A stretch of DNA of 64,000 bases, taken from Anaeromyxobacter sp. Lineage in GTDB: Bacteria > Myxococcota > Myxococcia > Myxococcales > Anaeromyxobacteraceae. Position numbers and translations under genes: made by a program. Numbering within the stretch: position 1 is the first letter of the stretch; every line of letters begins with the position of its first letter. The stretch lies in the NCBI GenBank assembly GCA_031388695.1, contig JANMRY010000167.1, forward strand, positions 15,206-79,205, read 5' to 3'. Under the pieces are notes generated by a model. The model was not told where the DNA came from and searched no databases. It saw only the letters and a program-made list of their open reading frames with translations. Shown here piece after piece: positions 17,273 through 26,820 of this stretch.

Positions 17273-18169
17273 GTGTCCCCGCTCGACGCCGCCCTCGATC
17301 TCTTCCTGCTCCACGTCCGCGTGGAGAAGGGGCTCTCGGCCAATACGGTCGAAGGATACGGCCACGACCTTCGCCGCTACCTCGACCACCTGGCCGCCTC
17401 CGGCCTCACCGACTGGACCCGGGTGGAGCGACGCGACGTGCAAGGCCACCTGGCCCGACTGGTCGCCGCCGGCCTCTCGCCCCGCTCGCAGGCCCGCGCC
17501 CTCTCGGCCATCCGCTCGCTCCACCGGCTGCTGGCCTCCGAGAGGCTCACCCCGGGCGACCCGGCCGACGAGGTCGACTCGCCGCGCCGTGAGCGCAAGC
17601 TCCCCCAGCCGCTCTCGCCGGCCGAGTGCGAGGCGCTGCTGGCCGCCCCGGATCCCCGCACCCCGGCCGGTCGCCGCGACCGGGCCATGCTGGAGCTGCT
17701 CTACGCCACCGGCCTGCGGGTCTCCGAGCTGGTCGGGCTCACGCTCAACGACCTCGACCTCGAGTCGCGGGTGCTCAAGGCGCGGGGGAAGGGGAACAAG
17801 GAGCGGCTGGTGCCGGTCGGCGCCCCCGCGGCCGAGTCGGTCAAGGCCTACCTCGGCGGCGCCCGCGAGCTGCTGCTCAAGGGGCGGCGCTCGCCCGATC
17901 TCTTCGTGACGCCGAGAGGAGGTCGGATGACCCGCCACGGCTTCGCCCGGCTGCTCGATCGCCACTGCCGCGCCGCCGGGATCCGCCGTCGGGTCTCGCC
18001 GCACAAGCTGCGCCACTCCTTCGCCACGCACCTGCTGGCCGGCGGCGCCGACCTGCGGGCCGTGCAGGCCATGCTCGGCCACGCCGACGTCGCCACCACG
18101 CAGATCTACACCCACGTCGACACCACCCAGGCCCGCCGGCTCTACGACCGCTTCCACCCGCGGGCCTGA
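17273..18169 (+). CDS. xerD: Site-specific tyrosine recombinase XerD
   Basis: FLLHVRVEKGLSANTVEGYGHDLRRYL, RDRAMLELLYATGLRVSELVGL, HKLRHSFATHLL, LGHADVATTQIYTHV. GTG start at 17273. Confidence 0.9.
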   Translation: MSPLDAALDLFLLHVRVEKGLSANTVEGYGHDLRRYLDHLAASGLTDWTRVERRDVQGHLARLVAAGLSPRSQARALSAIRSLHRLLASERLTPGDPADEVDSPRRERKLPQPLSPAECEALLAAPDPRTPAGRRDRAMLELLYATGLRVSELVGLTLNDLDLESRVLKARGKGNKERLVPVGAPAAESVKAYLGGARELLLKGRRSPDLFVTPRGGRMTRHGFARLLDRHCRAAGIRRRVSPHKLRHSFATHLLAGGADLRAVQAMLGHADVATTQIYTHVDTTQARRLYDRFHPRA

Positions 18170-18292
18170 GCACCGAAGCCAGCGCGGCGACGGCGCTTTC
18201 CGGCGCTGGGTCTCGCGTTGACCCCCGGGCGCGGCGCTGCTACACCACGTTACTTTCGAAGGGGCTCCCCCTTGTTCACCGCCGAAGCATTC

Positions 18293-18949
18293 ATGGCAGG
18301 ACTCGCTTTCCTGCCGATCATGATCACCTCCCTGTCGATCCACGAGTTTGCCCATGCCTGGAGCGCGTGGAAGCTCGGGGACGACACCGCGTCGCGCGAG
18401 GGCCGGCTCACCTTGAACCCGCTGTCGCACATCGACCTGCTGGGCACCATCATCCTTCCGCTGGCCGGGATCCCGTTCGGCTGGGCCAAGCCAGTTCCAG
18501 TCAACCCGGCCCGGTTCCGCAGGGAGGTCACCATGGGCCGGGGGATGGCCATCACCGCCGCTGCGGGGCCGCTCTCCAATCTCATCCTGGCGCTCCTCGT
18601 GGCCGTGGCCCTGGGACTGATCGCGCGGCTGGCTCCGGACCTGCTCGACGGCAAGACGGCCCTTCGGCAGCTGCTCCTCGGGGGCGTGGTGAGCGGTCGC
18701 TGGCTCCCGGGCCTCCTGCAGCTCAACGTGAGCCTGGCGCTCTTCAACCTCATCCCGCTGCCGCCGCTGGATGGCAGCCGGATCGTGGCCTGGCTGCTGC
18801 CCTACGACCTGCGAAACCGATGGCACGAGCTGGAGCGGTTCTCTCCCTTCCTGCTGCTGTTGGTCTTCTGGTTCGGTGGACGCCTGGTCTCCGGCCCCAT
18901 CCTCGCCTTGACCGACATCCTCCTCGGCATCAGCCGAGCCATCGCCTGA
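18293..18949 (+). CDS. Site-2 protease family (peptidase M50) membrane protein
   Basis: It carries the HEFAHAW (HExxH) motif, multiple TM helices and NLIPLPPLDGSRI. The start is ambiguous; 18218 and 18272 are alternatives. Confidence 0.8.
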   Translation: MAGLAFLPIMITSLSIHEFAHAWSAWKLGDDTASREGRLTLNPLSHIDLLGTIILPLAGIPFGWAKPVPVNPARFRREVTMGRGMAITAAAGPLSNLILALLVAVALGLIARLAPDLLDGKTALRQLLLGGVVSGRWLPGLLQLNVSLALFNLIPLPPLDGSRIVAWLLPYDLRNRWHELERFSPFLLLLVFWFGGRLVSGPILALTDILLGISRAIA

Positions 18950-18956
18950 CAGGCAC

Positions 18957-19949
<993 letters not shown>

Positions 19950-19979
19950 GCTCGGGCCCTGAGGGGGACCGCACCGCGC

Positions 19980-20867
19980 ATGACCACGCAGCAGGTAGAG
20001 ACGGGCGCCACGGGCGCCGCCGAGGGCGCACCGGCACGTCCGGTCGACGCCTTCCGCCTCTCGCTGCCTCCCTTCAAGGCCGGCGAGCCGCCCTTCGAGG
20101 GGCCACTCGACCTGCTGCTCCACCTCGTCAAGGAACACCAGGTCGAGATCCTCGACATCCCCATCGCCCGCATCACCGAGGCCTACCTGGCCGCGCTCGA
20201 GCTGCTGCGCGAGCTCGACATCGACGTGGCCGGCAGCTTCCTCGACATGGCGGCGCAGCTCATGCTCATGAAGAGCAAGCTGCTGCTACCCCGCACCGAG
20301 GTGGCCGAGGACGCCGAGCCCGAGGACGCCGGGGCCGACCCACGCGCCGAGCTGGTGCGGCGCCTGCTCGTCTACCAGAAGTACAAGGCGGCCGGGGCCG
20401 AGCTGGGCGAGCGAGACATCCTCGACCGGACCGTCTTCACGCGCCGGGTCCGGGTGGAGCGCCCGGCCGCGGCCGACGGTCCGGAGGGGCTGGCCGACGT
20501 CTCGGTCTTCAAGCTGATCGAGGCGCTCGACCGGGCCCTCAAGAACGCCAGGCCCGAGATCAAGCACGAGATCTACACCGACCGGCTCTCCATCACCGAC
20601 GCCATCGCGCGGGTGGTGGAGGTGCTGCGGCTGCACGGGCGAGCCACCTTCGAAGAGCTGCTGCGCGGCAGCGAGGGGGCGCCCAACACCCGCTCCGAGG
20701 TGATCGCCACCTTCCTCGCCATCCTCGAGATGGCCAAGCTCAGGCTGATCCGCCTCTACCAGGCCTCCCATGACGAGGCCGGCGCCTCCGGCGCCGAGAT
20801 CCTCGTCGAGGCCCAGGACACGCTCGGCGACGGGTCGACGCCCGGCTCGCAGGAGGAATACCGATGA
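19980..20867 (+). CDS. scpA: Segregation and condensation protein A
   Basis: FEGPLDLLLHLVKEHQVEILDIPIARITEAYL...LLMKSKLLLP. Confidence 0.92.
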   Translation: MTTQQVETGATGAAEGAPARPVDAFRLSLPPFKAGEPPFEGPLDLLLHLVKEHQVEILDIPIARITEAYLAALELLRELDIDVAGSFLDMAAQLMLMKSKLLLPRTEVAEDAEPEDAGADPRAELVRRLLVYQKYKAAGAELGERDILDRTVFTRRVRVERPAAADGPEGLADVSVFKLIEALDRALKNARPEIKHEIYTDRLSITDAIARVVEVLRLHGRATFEELLRGSEGAPNTRSEVIATFLAILEMAKLRLIRLYQASHDEAGASGAEILVEAQDTLGDGSTPGSQEEYR

Positions 20868-21841
20868 GTGAGTCGCACCCCCCGCCCGAGCCCGGCGTCT
20901 CCGCCGAGGAGCTGGCACGGCTGCAGGCGGCCGAGGAGGCCAAGGCCGATCCGGCGCTCGACGAGGTCGAGCCGGCCGAGATCGACGTGGCCGAGGAGAA
21001 GGAGGAGCCGTTCGAGAAGCTGGCCGCCTCGGCCCGGCGGCTCGGGGCCGACCGCGTCCGGACCATCGTCGAGACCCTGCTCTTCCTGGCCGAGCGCCCG
21101 CTCACCGTCGAGGAGCTGCGCCAGGCCAGCGGCGTCGAGGCCGAGCGGCTCGAGAAGGCGCTCGACCAGCTCTCCGGCCACTACCGCGAGGGGCCCTGCG
21201 GCGTCGTGCTCCACGAGGTCGCGGGCGGCTGGCAGCTGCGCAGCTCGCCCGACAACTCGGCCTTCGCCCGCCGCTTCCTCAAGGTCAAGCCGCAGCGGCT
21301 CACCCGCGCCGCGCTCGAGACCCTCGCCATCATCGCCTACCGCCAGCCGGTGACCCGCCCCGAGGTCGAGGAGATCCGGGCCGTCGACTGCGGCGCGGTG
21401 GTCAAGGCGCTGCTCGACCGCAAGCTGATCAAGATCCTCGGCAAGAAGGAGGAGCCGGGGCGCCCCATCCTCTACGGCACCTCGCGCGAGTTCCTCGAGT
21501 TCTTCGCCTTGAAGGACCTGGCCTCGCTGCCGACGCTGCGCGAGTTCCACGAGCTCTCCGAGGAGCACCGCGAGATCGTGGAGAAGGCGCCCGAGCCGCC
21601 CATCGCCTGCATCGTCGACACGCTCTCCGACCCGACCCTGCGCGCCGAGCTCGACGCCAGGAAGGCCGAGTCGGACGCGGCGCTCGATGAGTTGGAGAAG
21701 GCGCTGGAGACCGCAGACACCGTCTCCCGCGCCGCCGAGGCGGCGCTGGCCCCCAGGCCGGCGCCCGAGCCCGACGCACCCGCCGAGCCGGGCGGCGCAC
21801 CAGGTGCACCGCGAGCCCCAGGCGAACCAGGAGCGACATGA
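20864..21841 (+). CDS. scpB: Segregation and condensation protein B
   Basis: IVETLLFLAERPLTVEEL..., TRAALETLAIIAYRQPVTRPEVEEIR, GRPILYGTS. It overlaps scpA by 4 nt (ATGA). Confidence 0.92.
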   Translation: MSESHPPPEPGVSAEELARLQAAEEAKADPALDEVEPAEIDVAEEKEEPFEKLAASARRLGADRVRTIVETLLFLAERPLTVEELRQASGVEAERLEKALDQLSGHYREGPCGVVLHEVAGGWQLRSSPDNSAFARRFLKVKPQRLTRAALETLAIIAYRQPVTRPEVEEIRAVDCGAVVKALLDRKLIKILGKKEEPGRPILYGTSREFLEFFALKDLASLPTLREFHELSEEHREIVEKAPEPPIACIVDTLSDPTLRAELDARKAESDAALDELEKALETADTVSRAAEAALAPRPAPEPDAPAEPGGAPGAPRAPGEPGAT

Positions 21842-23046
21842 GCAAGCCGACCACCGGGACCGTCCGACTGCAGAAGTTCCTCGCCGAGGCCGGCCTGGCC
21901 TCACGCCGCAAGGCCGAGGAGATCATCCAGTCGGGCCGGGTCAAGGTGAACGGCCTGGTGGTCAAGGAGCTGGGGACCAAGGTGACGCCGGGGCGCGACC
22001 TGGTGGTGGTCGACGGCGCCGCCATCGAGGTGAGCTCCACGCGCCGCTACATCCTGCTCTACAAGCCGCCCGGCTGCGTCACCACGCTCTCCGACCCGCA
22101 GGGGCGCCCCACGGCGCGCGGCTACCTCTCCGGGGTCGAGGAGCGGGTCTTCCCGGTGGGGCGGCTCGACTACGACGCCGAGGGGGCGCTGCTCTTCACC
22201 GACGACGGCGAGCTGGCCAACCGGTTGGCCCACCCGCGCTACGGCCACCGGCGCATCTACCTGGTCAAGACCAAGGGCGTCCCCGACGAGGCGGCGCTGC
22301 GGCGCATGGTCGAAGGGGTACGCCTCGAGGACGGCCCGGCCCAGGCGCTCAGCGCCGAGGTGCACGAGAAGGCCGAGACCAACACCTGGATCAAGATCGT
22401 GGTCGGGGAGGGTCGCTTCCACCTGGTCAAGCGGCTCTGCGAGTCGGTCGGCCTCCCGGTGCTGCGGCTCTACCGACCCGAGTTCGGCGGGATCACCGTG
22501 GCGCGGCTCCGCCCCGGCCACTGGCGCGACCTCTCGCACGAAGAGGTGCAGGTGATGCGGTCGGCGGTCGGGATGTCGGGCGGCGAGGCGGGGCGTACCG
22601 CGCTGGCGCACGACCTGCCCAAGGCCGGTCGCCGTCACGGCCACGGCCCGCCGCCCCAGGCGGCGGTCCACGCGGGCACCCGTCGCCCCGGCCACGCCGG
22701 TGACCAGCGCGCCTTCGAGGAGAACAACGCGCCGGCGCCGGGGCGGCCCGGGAAGCCGGCCCGCAAGGAGCCGCGGAAGGAGCTGCGCAAGGACCCGCGC
22801 AAGGATCCGAGGGAGCGCGCGGGGCAACGCGGCGGGCGCGCCGAGCGGCCGGCCCGAGGCGACCGGATCGAGCGGCCCGGGAGCGAAGCCCGGCAGGAGC
22901 GTGGCGCTGCGCCGGCGTCGGTCGACCCGGGAGCGCGGAAGGCCAGGCCGAGCCGGGGCAGCCGCCAGGAGCGCGCCGCTCGAGGCGGCCAACCGCAGCG
23001 ATCCTTCGCACCGCGCGGCGGGCGTCCTGGTGGCCGCGGCAAGTAG
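21838..23046 (+). CDS. rluB: 23S rRNA pseudouridine synthase (RluB/RsuA family) with Arg/Lys-rich C-terminal tail
   Basis: S4 domain (RLQKFLAEAGLASRRKAEEII) and catalytic GRLDYDAEGALLFTDDGELANRLAHPRY. It overlaps scpB by 4 nt. Confidence 0.9.
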   Translation: MSKPTTGTVRLQKFLAEAGLASRRKAEEIIQSGRVKVNGLVVKELGTKVTPGRDLVVVDGAAIEVSSTRRYILLYKPPGCVTTLSDPQGRPTARGYLSGVEERVFPVGRLDYDAEGALLFTDDGELANRLAHPRYGHRRIYLVKTKGVPDEAALRRMVEGVRLEDGPAQALSAEVHEKAETNTWIKIVVGEGRFHLVKRLCESVGLPVLRLYRPEFGGITVARLRPGHWRDLSHEEVQVMRSAVGMSGGEAGRTALAHDLPKAGRRHGHGPPPQAAVHAGTRRPGHAGDQRAFEENNAPAPGRPGKPARKEPRKELRKDPRKDPRERAGQRGGRAERPARGDRIERPGSEARQERGAAPASVDPGARKARPSRGSRQERAARGGQPQRSFAPRGGRPGGRGK

Positions 23047-23137
23047 CGGCGGCAGGTAGCGGGGAGTAGTGGGACGTCGCAGGCCGTGCGCCGCTTTCGC
23101 TTGCGGCGCTCGGCGCTGGCGCGAGACAGTGGCGACG

Positions 23138-25099
23138 ATGGTCCTCCACCGCTCACTCGCCCTGCTGGCCGTCGGCCTTTTGGCCGGCTGCTCGTCGAGG
23201 GCCGACCTCGACGCCCCCGACCCGGGGCGCCGCGCCGCCGCAGTGCGCAGGCTGGGAGACGACCCCGCGGAGCAGGCGCTCCCGGCGCTGCTGGTGGCGC
23301 AGGCCGACCGGAGCGTCGAGGTCCGGCTGGCCGCGGCCGAGGCCTTTCAGCGCCTCGGTGGTGCTCGCGCCGCCGAGGGGCTGGGCGGGCTGCTGGCCGA
23401 CGTCGACCCCGGTGTGGTGGGTGCGGCGGCGCACGGGCTGGCAGCGCTCCCGGCCTCCGCTGGAGGCAAGGACCGACTGCTCGCCGGTTACGGCCAGGCC
23501 AGCTCGGTGGGCCGCGCCGCCATCGCCGCGGCGCTGGTCCAGATCGGCGCCACCCTGCGCGAGGCGGTCGAGGTCGAGGCGCGGCTCCGCTACGAGCGGA
23601 CGCTGGCGGCGCTGGAGCGCGGCAGCCCGGCGGAGCGGGCCGGCGCGGCCGAGGAGCTGGGGGCAAGCGGCCGAGCCGAGGCGGTGGCCAGGCTGCTGGC
23701 GCTGCTGGCCGATGGTGACCGGCTGGAGCCGGCGCTGCTGGCCGGGGTGGCCCGCGGGCTCGGCGCCTCGGGGGACCGCGCGGCCCGGCTCCGGCTGGAG
23801 CGGCTGTTGGCGTCGCAGCGGCCGGGCGTGGCCGAGGCGGCGGCCGACGGCCTGCGGCAGCTCGGCGATCCCGGCACGGCCGACAGCCTGGCCGGTGTGG
23901 CCGAGCGGGGCGGGGCCCCCGGTGCCGCGGCCATGACGGCGCTGGCGGCGCTCCCCACGGCGGCGGAGGTGGGGGCCGCGCTCTGCGCCGTGGCCTTGCG
24001 GGCCGCCGACCCGGCCCGGGCGACGCAGGCGGCGCGCCAGGCGCGTGGACGTGGGGCGGCCTGCCCGGTCAGGCCGCTGCTCAACCGGCTGGGGCGACCC
24101 GGGGAGCAGGCGGCGCTGGCGGCCCTGGCGGAGCTGCGCTGGGACGGGGCCGACGCCGAGGCGGCCAGCCGCAGGCTGCTGGCGCTGCTGGCCGGTCGGG
24201 GCGGCGACCCCGCGGTGCGCGCCGGCGCGGCGCGGGCGCTGGGGGCGATCGGCTGGCCTGGGGCCGCCGGCGAGGTGGCCGAGCGGTCGGCCGCGATCTT
24301 CAAGCGGATCGACGAGGCCCGCGCCCGGCTCGACACCGATCCGAAGCGCCCGCCGCCCTTCCTCGAGCCGCTCGAGGCCGCGGAGCTCGGTGCGCTCCTC
24401 GCCGCCGGGGGCCGGCTGCGGGCCGACGGGCTGTCGCCGCTCGCCGCCCGGGGACTGTTCGAGCCGGCGGCCGCCATCCGTGCCGGTGCCCTGGAGGCGA
24501 CCGGCTGGCTCGACGGCGCGGGGTCGATCCCGGCGCTGGAGAAGGGGCTGGGGGACCGGGCGCCCGAGGTCCGCTCGGCCGCGGCTCGGTCGCTGGGGCG
24601 GCTCGGAGAGGCCGGCGCGCCTGCCCTGGTGCGGGCGGCGGCGCAGACCACCCCGGCTGAAGACAGCTGGCGCGTCGAGCTGGCCAGCGCCCTGGCCCAG
24701 ACCGGCAGCGGAGAGGCGGCGACCGGGCTGGCGCGGCTGCTGGAGGGCAGCTCGACCGGCGCGGCGATCACCGGGCTGGCGCGGCTCGGCTCCTCGGGCG
24801 GCGCCAAGCCGCTCGGCGAGCTGGTGGAGCGGGGGGAGGGGCGCTGGCTGCCCGAGGCGATCGAGGCCATGGCGACCCTGGGCGGAGCGGAGGCCGGGGC
24901 CGGCATCGCCCGGCAGCTCACCTGCGAGCGGGTCGAGGTCCGGGAGGCGGCGGTTCGAGCCCTGGGCCGGCTCCGCTACGAGCCGGCGGCGGCCGGGCTC
25001 GTGGCGCTCAAGAGCGACTACGTGGCGAAGGTGCGCCGGGCTGCCGTCGAGGCGCTGGCGCGGCTCCCGAGCCGCCGACCAGGGGCCAAGCGGCCGTAA
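23138..25099 (+). CDS. HEAT-repeat lipoprotein
   Basis: MVLHRSLALLAVGLLAGCSS provides a lipobox. It is followed by many repeats of the pattern P-x-VR-x-AAA-x-ALG-x-[LI]G. Confidence 0.75.
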   Translation: MVLHRSLALLAVGLLAGCSSRADLDAPDPGRRAAAVRRLGDDPAEQALPALLVAQADRSVEVRLAAAEAFQRLGGARAAEGLGGLLADVDPGVVGAAAHGLAALPASAGGKDRLLAGYGQASSVGRAAIAAALVQIGATLREAVEVEARLRYERTLAALERGSPAERAGAAEELGASGRAEAVARLLALLADGDRLEPALLAGVARGLGASGDRAARLRLERLLASQRPGVAEAAADGLRQLGDPGTADSLAGVAERGGAPGAAAMTALAALPTAAEVGAALCAVALRAADPARATQAARQARGRGAACPVRPLLNRLGRPGEQAALAALAELRWDGADAEAASRRLLALLAGRGGDPAVRAGAARALGAIGWPGAAGEVAERSAAIFKRIDEARARLDTDPKRPPPFLEPLEAAELGALLAAGGRLRADGLSPLAARGLFEPAAAIRAGALEATGWLDGAGSIPALEKGLGDRAPEVRSAAARSLGRLGEAGAPALVRAAAQTTPAEDSWRVELASALAQTGSGEAATGLARLLEGSSTGAAITGLARLGSSGGAKPLGELVERGEGRWLPEAIEAMATLGGAEAGAGIARQLTCERVEVREAAVRALGRLRYEPAAAGLVALKSDYVAKVRRAAVEALARLPSRRPGAKRP

Positions 25100-25136
25100 A
25101 GGCGACCGTTCCGGTGGCCTGTGCTAGGGATCGAGC

Positions 25137-26801
25137 ATGGCCGACCTGCGCAAGCTCAAGGACAAGGCCGCCGAGCTCGCCTCGAAGGGAAAGGTCGAGA
25201 AGGCAGCCGAGCTCTTCCGCGAGATCCTGCGCGCCGATCCCAAGGACGTCGCCTCGTGCCAGAAGCTGGCCGAAGTGCTGCGGCGGGGCGGCGAGGTCGC
25301 CGAGGCGGTGGAACGGTACGCCGAGGTGGCCGAGCGGTTCGCCCGCGACGGCCTGCTGATCAAGGCGATCGCCATCTGCAAGACGATCCTCGAGCTCGAC
25401 CCCGAGCACGTGGCGACGCAGCGCCAGCTGGCCGAGCTCTACTCCAAGCGCAACATCGCCGACACAGGGCGGGCGCCGGTGCGCCCCAGGCCGGTTCCGG
25501 CGGCGCCCCCGCCGCCCGAGCCGGCGCAGGCAGAGGACGAGGGCATCGAGCTGGCGGTCGAGCCGGAGTTCGACGGTGGCGTGGCGCTGCCGCTCGCCGC
25601 CGCCAGCGGACAGCCCGAGGGGCGCGCCGAGCCGACGATCGTGCCGTTGCCGGTCTCGAACCCGGCCGGGGACCTCTTCGACCCCTCCGAGCTTCCTGCC
25701 GAGCTGGGCGGTGGGCCGGACCCCTTCGCGGTCTTCGGCGCCGACGAGCCCCTGGGCGCGCCGGCCCCACCTCCGCACGTGGCCCACCCGACCGCCTTCA
25801 ACCTGATCGTGGCTGCCGCCGAGGAGGCGGTCGAGGCCGGGGTCGAGGACCAGTTCGAGGTCGACGTCGACCTGGTCGACGACGAGGTGCTGGCGCTGAC
25901 CGAGGTCGAGCCGATGCCCGAGCAGGCCGAGCCGGCCGAGCCGGTCACCCCGGCCGACGCCCGGCTGCCGCACTTCCCCATCTTCTCCGACCTGGGGCCG
26001 GAGGCCTTCGTGGCGCTCACCGAGGCGCTGCAGGTCACGCGGCTCGCCACCGGCGAGACGGTGGTCACCGAGGGTGACGTCGGGACCGCCTTCTTCGTGA
26101 TCGCCACCGGCCGGCTGGTCGTCAAGAAGCGGGACGAGAAGGGCGACCAGGTGGTGCTGGCGCACCTCGGCGAGGGGGAGTTCTTCGGCGAGATGGCGCT
26201 GCTCTCGGCCGCACCGCGCAACGCCACGGTGATCGCCGAGGAGCCGACCGAGGTGCTGGTGCTCGAGTTCGAGGTGCTGCGCGGGCTGGCCGGCCGCTAC
26301 CCGCACCTGGCCAGGTCCCTGCGCCGCTTCTACCGCCAGCGGCTGCTGGCCAACGCGCTGGCGATCAGCGCGCTCTTCCGTCCCTTCGGTCGCGAGGACC
26401 GCAAGGCGGTGATGGAGAAGTTCCGCGAGCGGACCGTCCAGGCCGGCGAGGTGATCGTCCGCGAGGGGCTCCCGGCCGATGGCCTCTACGTGGTGCTGGA
26501 GGGGTCGGTCGACGTGACCCGGTCCACCGAGGCCGGCGACGTGCTGGTCGGCCAGCTCCGCGAGGGGGACCTCTTCGGCGAGATGAGCTGCATGCGCAAG
26601 ACCGGGGCCACCGCCACCGTGACCGTGAAGCGCGGCGGGTCGCTGCTCAGGCTGCAGCGCAGCGACTTCGACGCGCTGGTCATGACCTACCCGACCGTGC
26701 TCGAGCTGGTCTCGCAGCTCTCCGAGGAGCGCGCCCAGAACCTCGACGCCATCCTCTCCGGCTCGGCCGCCTTCACCGAGGACGGGCTGGTCCTGATCTG
26801 A
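25137..26801 (+). CDS. TPR-like N-terminal domain protein with two cyclic-nucleotide-binding domains
   Basis: Two cNMP-binding cores are present: FFGEMALLSAAPRNATV and LFGEMSCMRKTGATATV. An acidic/Pro-rich linker precedes them. Confidence 0.85.
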   Translation: MADLRKLKDKAAELASKGKVEKAAELFREILRADPKDVASCQKLAEVLRRGGEVAEAVERYAEVAERFARDGLLIKAIAICKTILELDPEHVATQRQLAELYSKRNIADTGRAPVRPRPVPAAPPPPEPAQAEDEGIELAVEPEFDGGVALPLAAASGQPEGRAEPTIVPLPVSNPAGDLFDPSELPAELGGGPDPFAVFGADEPLGAPAPPPHVAHPTAFNLIVAAAEEAVEAGVEDQFEVDVDLVDDEVLALTEVEPMPEQAEPAEPVTPADARLPHFPIFSDLGPEAFVALTEALQVTRLATGETVVTEGDVGTAFFVIATGRLVVKKRDEKGDQVVLAHLGEGEFFGEMALLSAAPRNATVIAEEPTEVLVLEFEVLRGLAGRYPHLARSLRRFYRQRLLANALAISALFRPFGREDRKAVMEKFRERTVQAGEVIVREGLPADGLYVVLEGSVDVTRSTEAGDVLVGQLREGDLFGEMSCMRKTGATATVTVKRGGSLLRLQRSDFDALVMTYPTVLELVSQLSEERAQNLDAILSGSAAFTEDGLVLI

Positions 26802-26820
26802 TCGCCGCTCGCCCCCGGCC

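Noticed and set aside
17273-18169. Tyrosine recombinase as marker of an integrated mobile element
   Set aside because: The sequence has the XerD-type motifs. It sits among housekeeping genes (tsaC, M50 protease, trpS) with no att-like repeats, tRNA gene or phage/plasmid genes nearby.
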